Shown here: one piece after another, positions 16,340-24,077 of the stretch
Layout: every line of letters begins with the position of its first letter
Position numbering within the stretch: position 1 is the stretch's first letter
From: a virus
Length of the DNA: 64,000 nucleotides
Reading direction: 5' to 3' (one strand)
IMG/VR virus record: IMGVR_UViG_3300045391_002681
Span: 1-64,000 of that record
The notes under the pieces: model-generated
The model's database searches: none
What the model saw: only the letters and a program-made list of their open reading frames with translations
What the model was told of the DNA's origin: nothing
Program-made: the position numbers and the translations under genes

Positions 16340-19335
16340 CGACGGATCACCGGATCGCCGGGCTCAAAGGTCATGGCGGTGCTTGAATGGGCGAAGCCGA
16401 CGCGCTGGACGATCTGGCCGGTCCCGGTCGGAGCGGTCGCCGTCACCTGCCCGGCAGTCGCGGCGAGGTATTGTTCGCCTGCTGTAAGCCCAGAGAGCCC
16501 GGTCACGTCGCCGCTGGCATAGACCGTCGCCGTGCCGCCCGACGAAACGCTGGTGACAACATAGCCGTGCGCTTCCTTGCCGGAGGTCGAGGCGTTGGCG
16601 TTTCTGACCTTCGCCGCGCCGCTGCTGTTCCAGATGTTGACCAGGGCGGGCGCCGTGATCGCCTCGGATGCGGTCAGCGTCATCACTCCCGCAACTGGGG
16701 CCGCGACAGTAACCGTCGTCGTGCTTGACCACGGACTGACCTGCGCGCCGGCGATGTAGGCGACCTGAACATCAACCGAGCCCGTCGCCGGGATCAGGCC
16801 GGTCAGGATAGTCAGAGGCGAGCCGGTGGCCGTGATGGAAGATCCGCCGTCCGTCCACACGCTGTCGGCCGACAGCTTCCACTGCACCTTCCATGTGATG
16901 TTGCCGCCAGGATCGGCGACGACGATGGACAGGCGCGCTCCCTGAACCCCGCCGCCGGAGTTCGGATAGACCGGCGTGACGCTGGTGATCGTCGGCGCGG
17001 CCAGCGGCTGAAGCGGTGAGCCGGAGGGCGGCGCGAGGGGCGGGAGGGTGTAGCCAGCTCCCGCCGTGGCGACAGAGCCGAACATCGCCACCTCGATGTC
17101 CGCTGTGACAGCCTGGGCCGTCAGGGCGAGCGGCAGGCCGTCTTCAGGCGTGTTGTCGATGTGCGAGGTGTAGGTCGTACCGAAATGGCCCTCCACGTCG
17201 ATAGAATTGATCCGCACACCGGGCATGGTGGCGATCACGGCTTCGGCGTCGGCCAGATATGTTGGCCACAGACTGGAGGTCTGGGTGGTATCGGTGATGC
17301 CGCCCCAAACCATGATGATGCGTTTGGTCAAGATCGACGGATCGGTTCCGTCGAAGAAGGTCTTGGCCTCGCTCAGGCATGAAGCGGCGTCGAAGCTGAA
17401 GTCGGCGTCCATGGTGAGCGCGCTGACAAAGGTGATGATGTCGGCGATATCCGACGCTGTCGCGGCCGGCTTAACGATACTGGACACGGCATGATCGAAA
17501 GCGACCACAGCGATGTCCAGGCCTGATCCATAGGTGGCCCCGATCAGCGAAAGGGCGTTGATGACGCCGTTTTTGACCCTCGTGACCGCAGAGGCGTCGC
17601 CGTACTTGCTCACGTCCAGAATGAAGCAGACCGCCTGATTGGCGCCAGAGCCATATCCGCCCACGACCACGCACGGGAAGCTCGCCGTCATCGTGGAAAT
17701 GTCGATGGAGACCTTCCCAGTTACCTCAAGGATGCCGTTGGCGGCAGACAGGGACGGATCGAGGACATCGAGCCTGATATACCGCTCGCCCATGACCGCG
17801 AGGCCCGCGAGGTTGCAGGTGAGGGTCAAGCGAAGGGGCTGCGTCTGGCGCGCCAGCATGGCCCGCGCGACGCTGATCGCCTGCGGCGCGGACGGGACCC
17901 ATTGCAGATAGAGCTCGTTGTTGCGGACGTCGCCCCGAGCAGCGATGTCGATGTCGTCCTGCACATAGCCGGCCTCGGCCTTGTTGAAGGCGCTGGCCGG
18001 ATCGGTGTAGCTGACGATGTACTGATTGGTGGCCTGCTCGTCGGGCAGGTAGTTCTGTAGCTGGTAGCCGACGATATGGCGGTCCGAGAGCGTGACCGTC
18101 GGCGCATAGACCGTGTTCGTTCGCACCACCAAGGCGCCGTCGCCACGTTGGCCGAGCCAGCCGTCGAAGGTCTGCAGGATCGACTTGACCACATCGCCGG
18201 GCGGCGTGTCGTGCTTGTAGGTCCCGGCGCAGCGGTAGCGGGCGGATTGGCCCGAGGCGTTCCAGTAGGCCAGTTCACCGGCCGTGTGACTGTTGGTCAG
18301 GGTTCCGGTGAGATCGACTTCGCCCGCCAGGCCAAGACCAGAGACGGTGACGTTCTGCCCATCGGCCAGTTGAATGACCACGCCGGCCGTCAGGCCCGTG
18401 GTGTCGGCGAGGAAGATCTTGTTGTCGCCGGCAGCGGCCGCGTCCAGCAACGTGGCATGCATCCCCGAGGTGGAGACTAGGCCGTCGCATTCGTCAGCGG
18501 CGGCCGTCCAGAAATCGATCGCAGGAAGGATGAACCGGCCGTAATCCAGCCCCATCCCGCCAGAGGCGTCGGTCAGGTAGGCCAGCAGGCACAGGACCGG
18601 GTTGTCGCTGAACTTGTAGGTCGAAGGATCGCCCTGCGTCTGGCTCACGTCGCGCGGGTCGAAGATCAGCTGCGCGTCGATCACCGCCGATGGCTGCGGA
18701 AGGCCGTTGGGGAAGTCGCCGGCCTGGTCCTCGCGCTTGGCCTGCGTGCAGGTCAGCAGCATCGACGTGACGCCGTCGCCCCTGTGGTCCGAGGTCCACA
18801 CCGGCACGTCAGACGAGATGGCATAGGCCGTCTCGGTGGAGAGCCCGAGACGGCTGTCGATCTTGACCAGGTTCGGCTCGTTGGAGCCGCCGCCGCCGTA
18901 CTTGCCTGGCGCGCCCGGCGCCCACCAGAAGTTGCCCGAGGCGGTCTTCGCCATCAGGTCGTCGTTCAGGTAGAAGCCGACGATGGCGCTGCTCTGGCCG
19001 TCCAGCAGGGCCAGCACGTCGTATGAGATGTTGGTGTGCGTGGTTCCGGTGACGTAGAGGGCATAGGCGCCCGCGACCCGGACCCGGCCAAAGGCGGATT
19101 GCCTGACCGGCATCGGCTGCTTCAGCGGGAACTGCAGCGCCTGGGGATCGGGAGCCTTGGGCGCGAACGCCGCGCCGATGGCCGCCGAAATGCCGGTCGT
19201 CACGCCGATGGTGGCGGCTGTGTAGCCGATCGTCGACGCCGCATCGATCGCGGCCGAACTGATGGTGAACAGACCGACCGTGTTGGCTGCCGCAGCGGAG
19301 GCCGCGGTGGCGATGGCGGTAACGGCTCCCGACAT
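16336..19335 (-). CDS. Central tail tip protein with vWA-like insert and decoration-like C-terminal domain
   Basis: AFGRVRVAG, DPRD...SDNPVLC, RYRCAG motifs; CFILDVS vWA strand. Confidence 0.85.
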   Translation of the reverse strand: MSGAVTAIATAASAAAANTVGLFTISSAAIDAASTIGYTAATIGVTTGISAAIGAAFAPKAPDPQALQFPLKQPMPVRQSAFGRVRVAGAYALYVTGTTHTNISYDVLALLDGQSSAIVGFYLNDDLMAKTASGNFWWAPGAPGKYGGGGSNEPNLVKIDSRLGLSTETAYAISSDVPVWTSDHRGDGVTSMLLTCTQAKREDQAGDFPNGLPQPSAVIDAQLIFDPRDVSQTQGDPSTYKFSDNPVLCLLAYLTDASGGMGLDYGRFILPAIDFWTAAADECDGLVSTSGMHATLLDAAAAGDNKIFLADTTGLTAGVVIQLADGQNVTVSGLGLAGEVDLTGTLTNSHTAGELAYWNASGQSARYRCAGTYKHDTPPGDVVKSILQTFDGWLGQRGDGALVVRTNTVYAPTVTLSDRHIVGYQLQNYLPDEQATNQYIVSYTDPASAFNKAEAGYVQDDIDIAARGDVRNNELYLQWVPSAPQAISVARAMLARQTQPLRLTLTCNLAGLAVMGERYIRLDVLDPSLSAANGILEVTGKVSIDISTMTASFPCVVVGGYGSGANQAVCFILDVSKYGDASAVTRVKNGVINALSLIGATYGSGLDIAVVAFDHAVSSIVKPAATASDIADIITFVSALTMDADFSFDAASCLSEAKTFFDGTDPSILTKRIIMVWGGITDTTQTSSLWPTYLADAEAVIATMPGVRINSIDVEGHFGTTYTSHIDNTPEDGLPLALTAQAVTADIEVAMFGSVATAGAGYTLPPLAPPSGSPLQPLAAPTITSVTPVYPNSGGGVQGARLSIVVADPGGNITWKVQWKLSADSVWTDGGSSITATGSPLTILTGLIPATGSVDVQVAYIAGAQVSPWSSTTTVTVAAPVAGVMTLTASEAITAPALVNIWNSSGAAKVRNANASTSGKEAHGYVVTSVSSGGTATVYASGDVTGLSGLTAGEQYLAATAGQVTATAPTGTGQIVQRVGFAHSSTAMTFEPGDPVIRR

Positions 19336-19337
19336 CG

Positions 19338-19808
19338 CTACTTCCCGGTCACGACGATGGTGTTTGAGTGGCCCGGCTGGCGCGACATGAGCTTGGCAGC
19401 CTCGCTGGTGAACTCGTCCTCGGCCTCTCCGACACTCTTTGCTGAGGTGGCAAAGATCATCGTCAGGTACGTGTCCGCGTGGGCGAAGAAAGCCTGCTTT
19501 CGGTGCGCGCTGGCCGGCAGGACGGCATAGCCAGTCAGTCGCTCGGCGCTGTCTCCGCGAGACACGGTGCAGTCGCCCGATACGATCAGGACCGTGGCCA
19601 CTTCGACGAGCGCGCCCGTGATGGCGACGCCAGCAGGGATCATGATCGTGCGGGCGTAGAGGCCGGCGTGCAGGACGTGTTGGGTGGCGATCTCGGCCTG
19701 GGGCAGTTGGGCCGCGCGTATCTCCGCTTCACTGATTGCGGCGATGCCCTCGGGGCTGGAAGCCAAAGCCGAAATCAGCAGGTACGGCGTGAGCATCACG
19801 TCCTGCAT
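19338..19808 (-). CDS. Cupin-fold hypothetical protein
   Basis: HVLHAGLYARTIMIPAG...G motif. Confidence 0.65.
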   Translation of the reverse strand: MQDVMLTPYLLISALASSPEGIAAISEAEIRAAQLPQAEIATQHVLHAGLYARTIMIPAGVAITGALVEVATVLIVSGDCTVSRGDSAERLTGYAVLPASAHRKQAFFAHADTYLTMIFATSAKSVGEAEDEFTSEAAKLMSRQPGHSNTIVVTGK

Positions 19809-20251
19809 GGTGCTCCTTTCGCGAACACGCTGTTGCTGTGGCGGTAGCCGAGACGGGGCAGGATCCGCTCAAGGGCGCTGCCGGCCGGGGCCGTGATCAG
19901 CAGGCCGGTCCCATGCAGAGCGGCTAGGGCTTCGGCCGCGCGGATCAGCGCGCGCCCGGCCCCGGTGCGGCGGCGGTCAGCCCTGACGAACACACTCTCG
20001 ACGACCGAGATCGGGCCGCCGTAGTGCGGAAGACTGGAGCGCAGCACGCTGACGAAGCCGACCAGCCGGCCGTCCTCGCGCGCGGCGATGATGTTGAAAA
20101 GCCCCGCCTGCTCCAGGGCCGCGTACTGCTCCCATTGTGGTTGCGCGGCGGGCAGTTCAGGCGATTTCGCCTCGGCCGCGTATTCGGCGACCAGGGCCGC
20201 GATGTCCGGATCGCCCATGAGGTCGGCGACGGTTGCGACAGCGATGTCCAT
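19796..20251 (-). CDS. GNAT acetyltransferase
   Basis: VFVRADRRRTGAGRALI acetyl-CoA motif A. Confidence 0.88.
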   Translation of the reverse strand: MDIAVATVADLMGDPDIAALVAEYAAEAKSPELPAAQPQWEQYAALEQAGLFNIIAAREDGRLVGFVSVLRSSLPHYGGPISVVESVFVRADRRRTGAGRALIRAAEALAALHGTGLLITAPAGSALERILPRLGYRHSNSVFAKGAPCRT

Positions 20252-20289
20252 GCCGCAGCCTCCGCGTTCGGAAAATGTTGAAATGCGAA

Positions 20290-20309
20290 GGGCGGCCCGA
20301 AGACCGCCC
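20290..20309 (-). terminator. Intrinsic terminator closing the RAMP/array operon
   Basis: GGGCGGTC-TTCG-GGCCGCCC-TTCGCATTT. Confidence 0.85.
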
Positions 20310-20312
20310 CCT

Positions 20313-20454
20313 TAGACCAGCGCTGGCCAGCCCCGCCACGAGCCGCCCAACCACGCCTTGCCTGCCGAGCCGCGCCCAGCCAAGCCCTGCAATGCCTCGC
20401 CTGCCTTGACTAGCCCAGCGGTGCCAAGCCTAGCCTCGCGTTGCGGTGCCTGCC
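20313..20454 (-). ncRNA. Putative guide-RNA array: three units of GGCA-(GGY NN)n, n = 9, 7, 10
   Basis: Strict 5-nt periodicity; third base is a pyrimidine in 26/26 pentamers and 17/26 triplets are exact GGY; non-coding, between a stop codon and a terminator. Confidence 0.8.
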
Positions 20455-20464
20455 CTACCCCGAT

Positions 20465-20947
20465 TTAGCCCTTAAGGATGGGCCGAGTTTCGTCGATGGC
20501 CGAGAATATCCGAGCCAACTCCGACAACTCCGCATGGCGGGCTCGCCACGCCTCCAACTCGGTGAAAGCCCGGCGCAGAACCTGCTTGCGCAGTTCCTCG
20601 CTGGACATCGCCGTCGCCGTGGAAACGTAGCCGCGCGCGGTGTCGGTTTCCACGTTCACGAATGCCCTGACCGTCTTCTGCTCCACGTTGGATCGGGAGA
20701 TATCGACGGTCAGGGACCGCACAAGGTCTCTGGCCTGATCACAGCGGAAGGCCTCTGCCGCCGCGTGATCGTCCCATTCGAAGTGGTTGTGCAGGACCGA
20801 GTCCTCGGCCCGGGCCGCGTCAACGATCTGCTGCGGCTCCAGCGGGTCGTTGCGGCCCTTCTGGAGATTGGCGATGGCTTCGCCCGCCTTCTGCGCGTCG
20901 ATGCCGATGCGGGAGCCTTGGCGCCAGCCGTAGATGACCCTAGCCAT
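20465..20947 (-). CDS. Conserved phage protein, partner of the RAMP-like gene
   Basis: LHNHFEWDDHAAAEAFRCDQAR motif; 8-nt overlap with the upstream gene. Confidence 0.75.
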   Translation of the reverse strand: MARVIYGWRQGSRIGIDAQKAGEAIANLQKGRNDPLEPQQIVDAARAEDSVLHNHFEWDDHAAAEAFRCDQARDLVRSLTVDISRSNVEQKTVRAFVNVETDTARGYVSTATAMSSEELRKQVLRRAFTELEAWRARHAELSELARIFSAIDETRPILKG

Positions 20948-21590
20948 GCAGGGCCTCGATTTCTCCGGCAGCGGCGACGCGGAACCGGCCGAACAGGCCG
21001 TCGCGTTCCGGGCGCCACTCGCCAACACCGACTGCGAAGCCGGCGAGGTTGAACAGGGTGACGACCTGCTCCGCTGAGATGACGGCGGTGTTGATCTGCA
21101 CCTTGACCTTGACGCCCCACGGATCGAACTGGCCGCGGTAGCGCAGGTCCGCCACACCCATGCCGACGCGGGTCACGTCCTCGCGCATGGCCGGCGGTGG
21201 CCCGATGATCTCGGCCATCTCGTCGACGACGTGAAACGCCTGCCGGGCCGCGACCTTGGTCACCGAGCCAGTGGACGTGCAGGCCGTGACGGCGGCCGAC
21301 TTGAAGGCGACGCCGGGGAAACCGAACTTGGCCTTGTCGATGTCATCCGCGGTCGGCCTCTCGGGCTTGGCGGAGAGCCAGTAGAGGCTGCCGACGAAGT
21401 CGTCGAACGGCACCTTGGCCTCGCGGCCCTTGGTCGCCTTCTTCTGTTGCTTATCGGCCATGGCCCGGAGCGCCTTTTCGCTCCAGGCATGGACGATCAG
21501 CGGCGTTGTCCCGATCAGCGGGATTTCCACGGTCTCAAGCGCCAGCGGAGGCAACTCGATCGCCGTGCTTGTTTTCGCTACAGCGGCCAT
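20940..21590 (-). CDS. Stand-alone Cas7/RAMP-like protein
   Basis: LIGTTPLIVH (beta1), FPGVAFKSAA (cf. IPGSSLKG), C-terminal Gly-rich loop GVGEWRPERDGLFGRF. Confidence 0.75.
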   Translation of the reverse strand: MAAVAKTSTAIELPPLALETVEIPLIGTTPLIVHAWSEKALRAMADKQQKKATKGREAKVPFDDFVGSLYWLSAKPERPTADDIDKAKFGFPGVAFKSAAVTACTSTGSVTKVAARQAFHVVDEMAEIIGPPPAMREDVTRVGMGVADLRYRGQFDPWGVKVKVQINTAVISAEQVVTLFNLAGFAVGVGEWRPERDGLFGRFRVAAAGEIEALHG

Positions 21591-21796
21591 CAGGCGCCCT
21601 CGTACATGTAGGAGCCCTCATCTTCGCAGACCGCCTCTTGATCGAAGCTGTCTTCGAAGTCCGGATCACCATCCATGCGGTCTAGCGCGGCGATGAGCCG
21701 CTCGACAGCCGCTTCGATGCGGCGCCGCAGTTGGTCCCGGTCATTGGACGGGATGGTGACGCGCACGCGCGGCGTCTTTAGAATGGCGACAGCCAT
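21590..21796 (-). CDS. Small acidic protein
   Basis: GGAG RBS; TGATG coupling to the RAMP-like gene. Confidence 0.65.
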   Translation of the reverse strand: MAVAILKTPRVRVTIPSNDRDQLRRRIEAAVERLIAALDRMDGDPDFEDSFDQEAVCEDEGSYMYEGA

Positions 21797-21827
21797 GACC
21801 TGATCTCCATAGGATCGGTTGCGGTTA

Positions 21828-21862
21828 GGGCCGGCTCGGTGTTGCAAGCACCTTGTCGGCCC
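21828..21862 (-). ncRNA. Conserved leader hairpin, copy 2
   Basis: GGGCCGACAA-GGTG-CTTGCAA-CACC-GAGCCGGCCC. Confidence 0.55.
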
Positions 21863-21890
21863 GACACGTTTATGATACCACGCTATCACG

Positions 21891-22088
21891 ATGTCAATTG
21901 CTGATAGCAAGAAATCAGGAAGGCCGGCGACCGGCACCGGAACCCCGGTGATGGTTAGGCTGTCCGATGCCCAGCTTGAGGCCCTTGATCGTTTCCGCTC
22001 TAGCGCGCCCGGAATACCTTCCAGGCCCGAGGCGCTTCGGCGATTGATGGACTTGGCATTGCAGGCTCGATCTTCGGACGAGGCCTGA
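21891..22088 (+). CDS. Ribbon-helix-helix regulator (paralogue of 12584-12811)
   Basis: GRPATGTGTPVMVRL...SRPEALRRL. Confidence 0.8.
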   Translation: MSIADSKKSGRPATGTGTPVMVRLSDAQLEALDRFRSSAPGIPSRPEALRRLMDLALQARSSDEA

Positions 22089-22183
22089 CCGAAAGGTCGA
22101 AACGGAGCGGGCGATGCACGGTAGGGCTCGGCTGAGCCCGGTTGAAGACGATGGGCCTACTCAAGGGCTAACGGCGACCTTAG

Positions 22184-22723
22184 TTACTTGGCAGCCTTCG
22201 GCGGTTGGCTAGCGGCCCATGCCTCCAGTTGAGCTATTTCATCAGCCGTAATGGCCCCGGTGAGAAGACACTTATCACCCATTGTCGTGGTGACGCGAAG
22301 CGGCACGCGTCCCTGCGCCTTGATGGCAGACAATGTCTCGTCGGGAACTACGAACTGCGCGAGCGCATCGTTGTGACAGCCGGCCGCCCCATAGCAATAG
22401 GGGTCTGCCAAACGCTCCCCGGTTTTGGTCAACGCGAGACCGCCCAACAAATCAACGGCTGTGATCTCTCCCGGCGAGCGCAGGCCATCGGCCTCGATGC
22501 TCATGCCCACGGACAGTTTTCCGCTTGCGCGCGGGATCAGGCCATAAACTGCGTAGCTGGCGCCATCTCCGCAGTAGCTCTGTCCATTTTGCGACCTCAG
22601 TGGGCCCCGAAACTCGGCCTGGACGTAGGCCTTATACGGATCGTCCGTAATATTCATCTGTGCCGACGCCAGGCATGGCGATGCCCAGACCGCCGCGCTC
22701 AAACCAACCCACACCAGCCGCAT
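22184..22723 (-). CDS. Secreted hypothetical moron protein
   Basis: Signal peptide, paired cysteines, atypical codon use. Confidence 0.6.
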   Translation of the reverse strand: MRLVWVGLSAAVWASPCLASAQMNITDDPYKAYVQAEFRGPLRSQNGQSYCGDGASYAVYGLIPRASGKLSVGMSIEADGLRSPGEITAVDLLGGLALTKTGERLADPYCYGAAGCHNDALAQFVVPDETLSAIKAQGRVPLRVTTTMGDKCLLTGAITADEIAQLEAWAASQPPKAAK

Positions 22724-22785
22724 ATTCGCACCCCCTCAAATAGGAGAAGCTTTGCGCTGAACGCGTCTGATGTACAGGCCGCAGG

Positions 22786-23373
22786 TCAGCCCGTTCCCCA
22801 CACTTTTGAGGTGCCCCCAGTCAACTTCGCCACCTGATCGAACATGGCGTCGTCGGCGGACCGGCGGCGCTGGTCGATGTCTGTGAAGAACACGAAGTTG
22901 GGTCGGCGCCGGCTGGTGAACACATTGCCCACCGATAGCTTCAGCGCGCGGGTCTGGCCGTCGGGATTGCGCTGAACGGTGAGGGAGTCTGCCGTGCCAC
23001 TCCCCAGCCAGAAGACGGGGTCGATCAGTTGCCAGTCGGCGTCGAACAGGACCAGGCCGAAGTCGACCGCTACGCCCCGGATGTCCGCCGCGCTGCCCTG
23101 CGCGATGGCTGCGGCCTCGCCGGTGACTGCCACCCCAGAAACGCCGAGATCGAACCGATCCGCCTCGCCGTTCAGGGCGGCCGAGAGCTGCGGATAGTCG
23201 GTCAGCAGGCCCATGGACAGATATTCAGCGCCGTCGGTGTCCTCCGCCCCGCCAGCCGGGATGGCGATGGGTCGCACCTGGCCAGCCCAGATGCGGATGA
23301 CGGTGGGCGTGGCGATGCGGACCAGAGCGCCCACGCGCTTGGCCTTGGCCAGTTGGTCAACGCTGTAGGTCAC
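22786..23373 (-). CDS. Tail tip protein
   Basis: Follows Dit; TDIDQRRRSADD.MFDQV...KVW C-terminus. Confidence 0.7.
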   Translation of the reverse strand: MTYSVDQLAKAKRVGALVRIATPTVIRIWAGQVRPIAIPAGGAEDTDGAEYLSMGLLTDYPQLSAALNGEADRFDLGVSGVAVTGEAAAIAQGSAADIRGVAVDFGLVLFDADWQLIDPVFWLGSGTADSLTVQRNPDGQTRALKLSVGNVFTSRRRPNFVFFTDIDQRRRSADDAMFDQVAKLTGGTSKVWGTG

Positions 23374-24077
23374 GGCGCGCCCGGGTATTCGATGAGGCGG
23401 GCCGCAGCCTTGCCGAAGCGGAACTGCTGCACGGTCTCGGAGATGTCGCCATCGACGCGCGCCACGAAGCGCGGGCTCTCGAAATTGAGAGCCGCGCCGG
23501 ACGCGACCGCCTCACGCAGGGGCGGCCTGAACTGGACCTGGGTCGAGACGGCAGATCCGACCGTCCCGCCGGACACGACCCGGCTGACACGATAGAGCCG
23601 CCAGGACATGGTCGCGTGCAGGATGCTGAACAATTCGCCGCCCATGAGGGCCAATGGCGCAGTCAGGTTGAAGGTGCAGGACGTCGCGCTGAGCGCCATG
23701 TCGGCCGTGGTCGTGGCCGTGACCTCGGTGTTGCTCCAGGCCGTGACGTCGTCGACCCAGGTCGTCGTTCCGAACGTGTCCGCGCCGGTATACTTCGGGT
23801 TCACCGGCTGGTGCAGACGGTCGGCCACCGGGACAATGAGCGATTGAGCCCCGCCGTCTGCCGCCGCGACGAACCGGCGATACAGCAGCCGGGCCTCGCG
23901 GGTCATCAGGGCGATGTCGCCGAAATCCCCGACCCAGCGGCCGCCGCCGCTCGCATCGGCGAACTGCTGCTCGCCAGACAGGGACACGCCGCCAGAAATC
24001 GCCTGGCCGACTAGGCGTAGCTGTAGCGAACCGGCGCCCAGAGCGACGGCTGGATAGACCAGGCTGCCGGTCGTCAC
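23370..24077 (-). CDS. Distal tail protein (Dit-like)
   Basis: Follows the tape measure gene; FRPPLREAV...LNFESP motif. Confidence 0.7.
   Translation of the reverse strand: MTTGSLVYPAVALGAGSLQLRLVGQAISGGVSLSGEQQFADASGGGRWVGDFGDIALMTREARLLYRRFVAAADGGAQSLIVPVADRLHQPVNPKYTGADTFGTTTWVDDVTAWSNTEVTATTTADMALSATSCTFNLTAPLALMGGELFSILHATMSWRLYRVSRVVSGGTVGSAVSTQVQFRPPLREAVASGAALNFESPRFVARVDGDISETVQQFRFGKAAARLIEYPGAP

Noticed and set aside
13883-19335. Diversity-generating retroelement or invertible tail cassette
   Set aside because: No reverse transcriptase, invertase or TR/VR pair seen
20313-20454. Classical CRISPR array or simple microsatellite
   Set aside because: No 23-47 bp repeats with unique spacers; variability is confined to two of five positions, unlike slippage repeats
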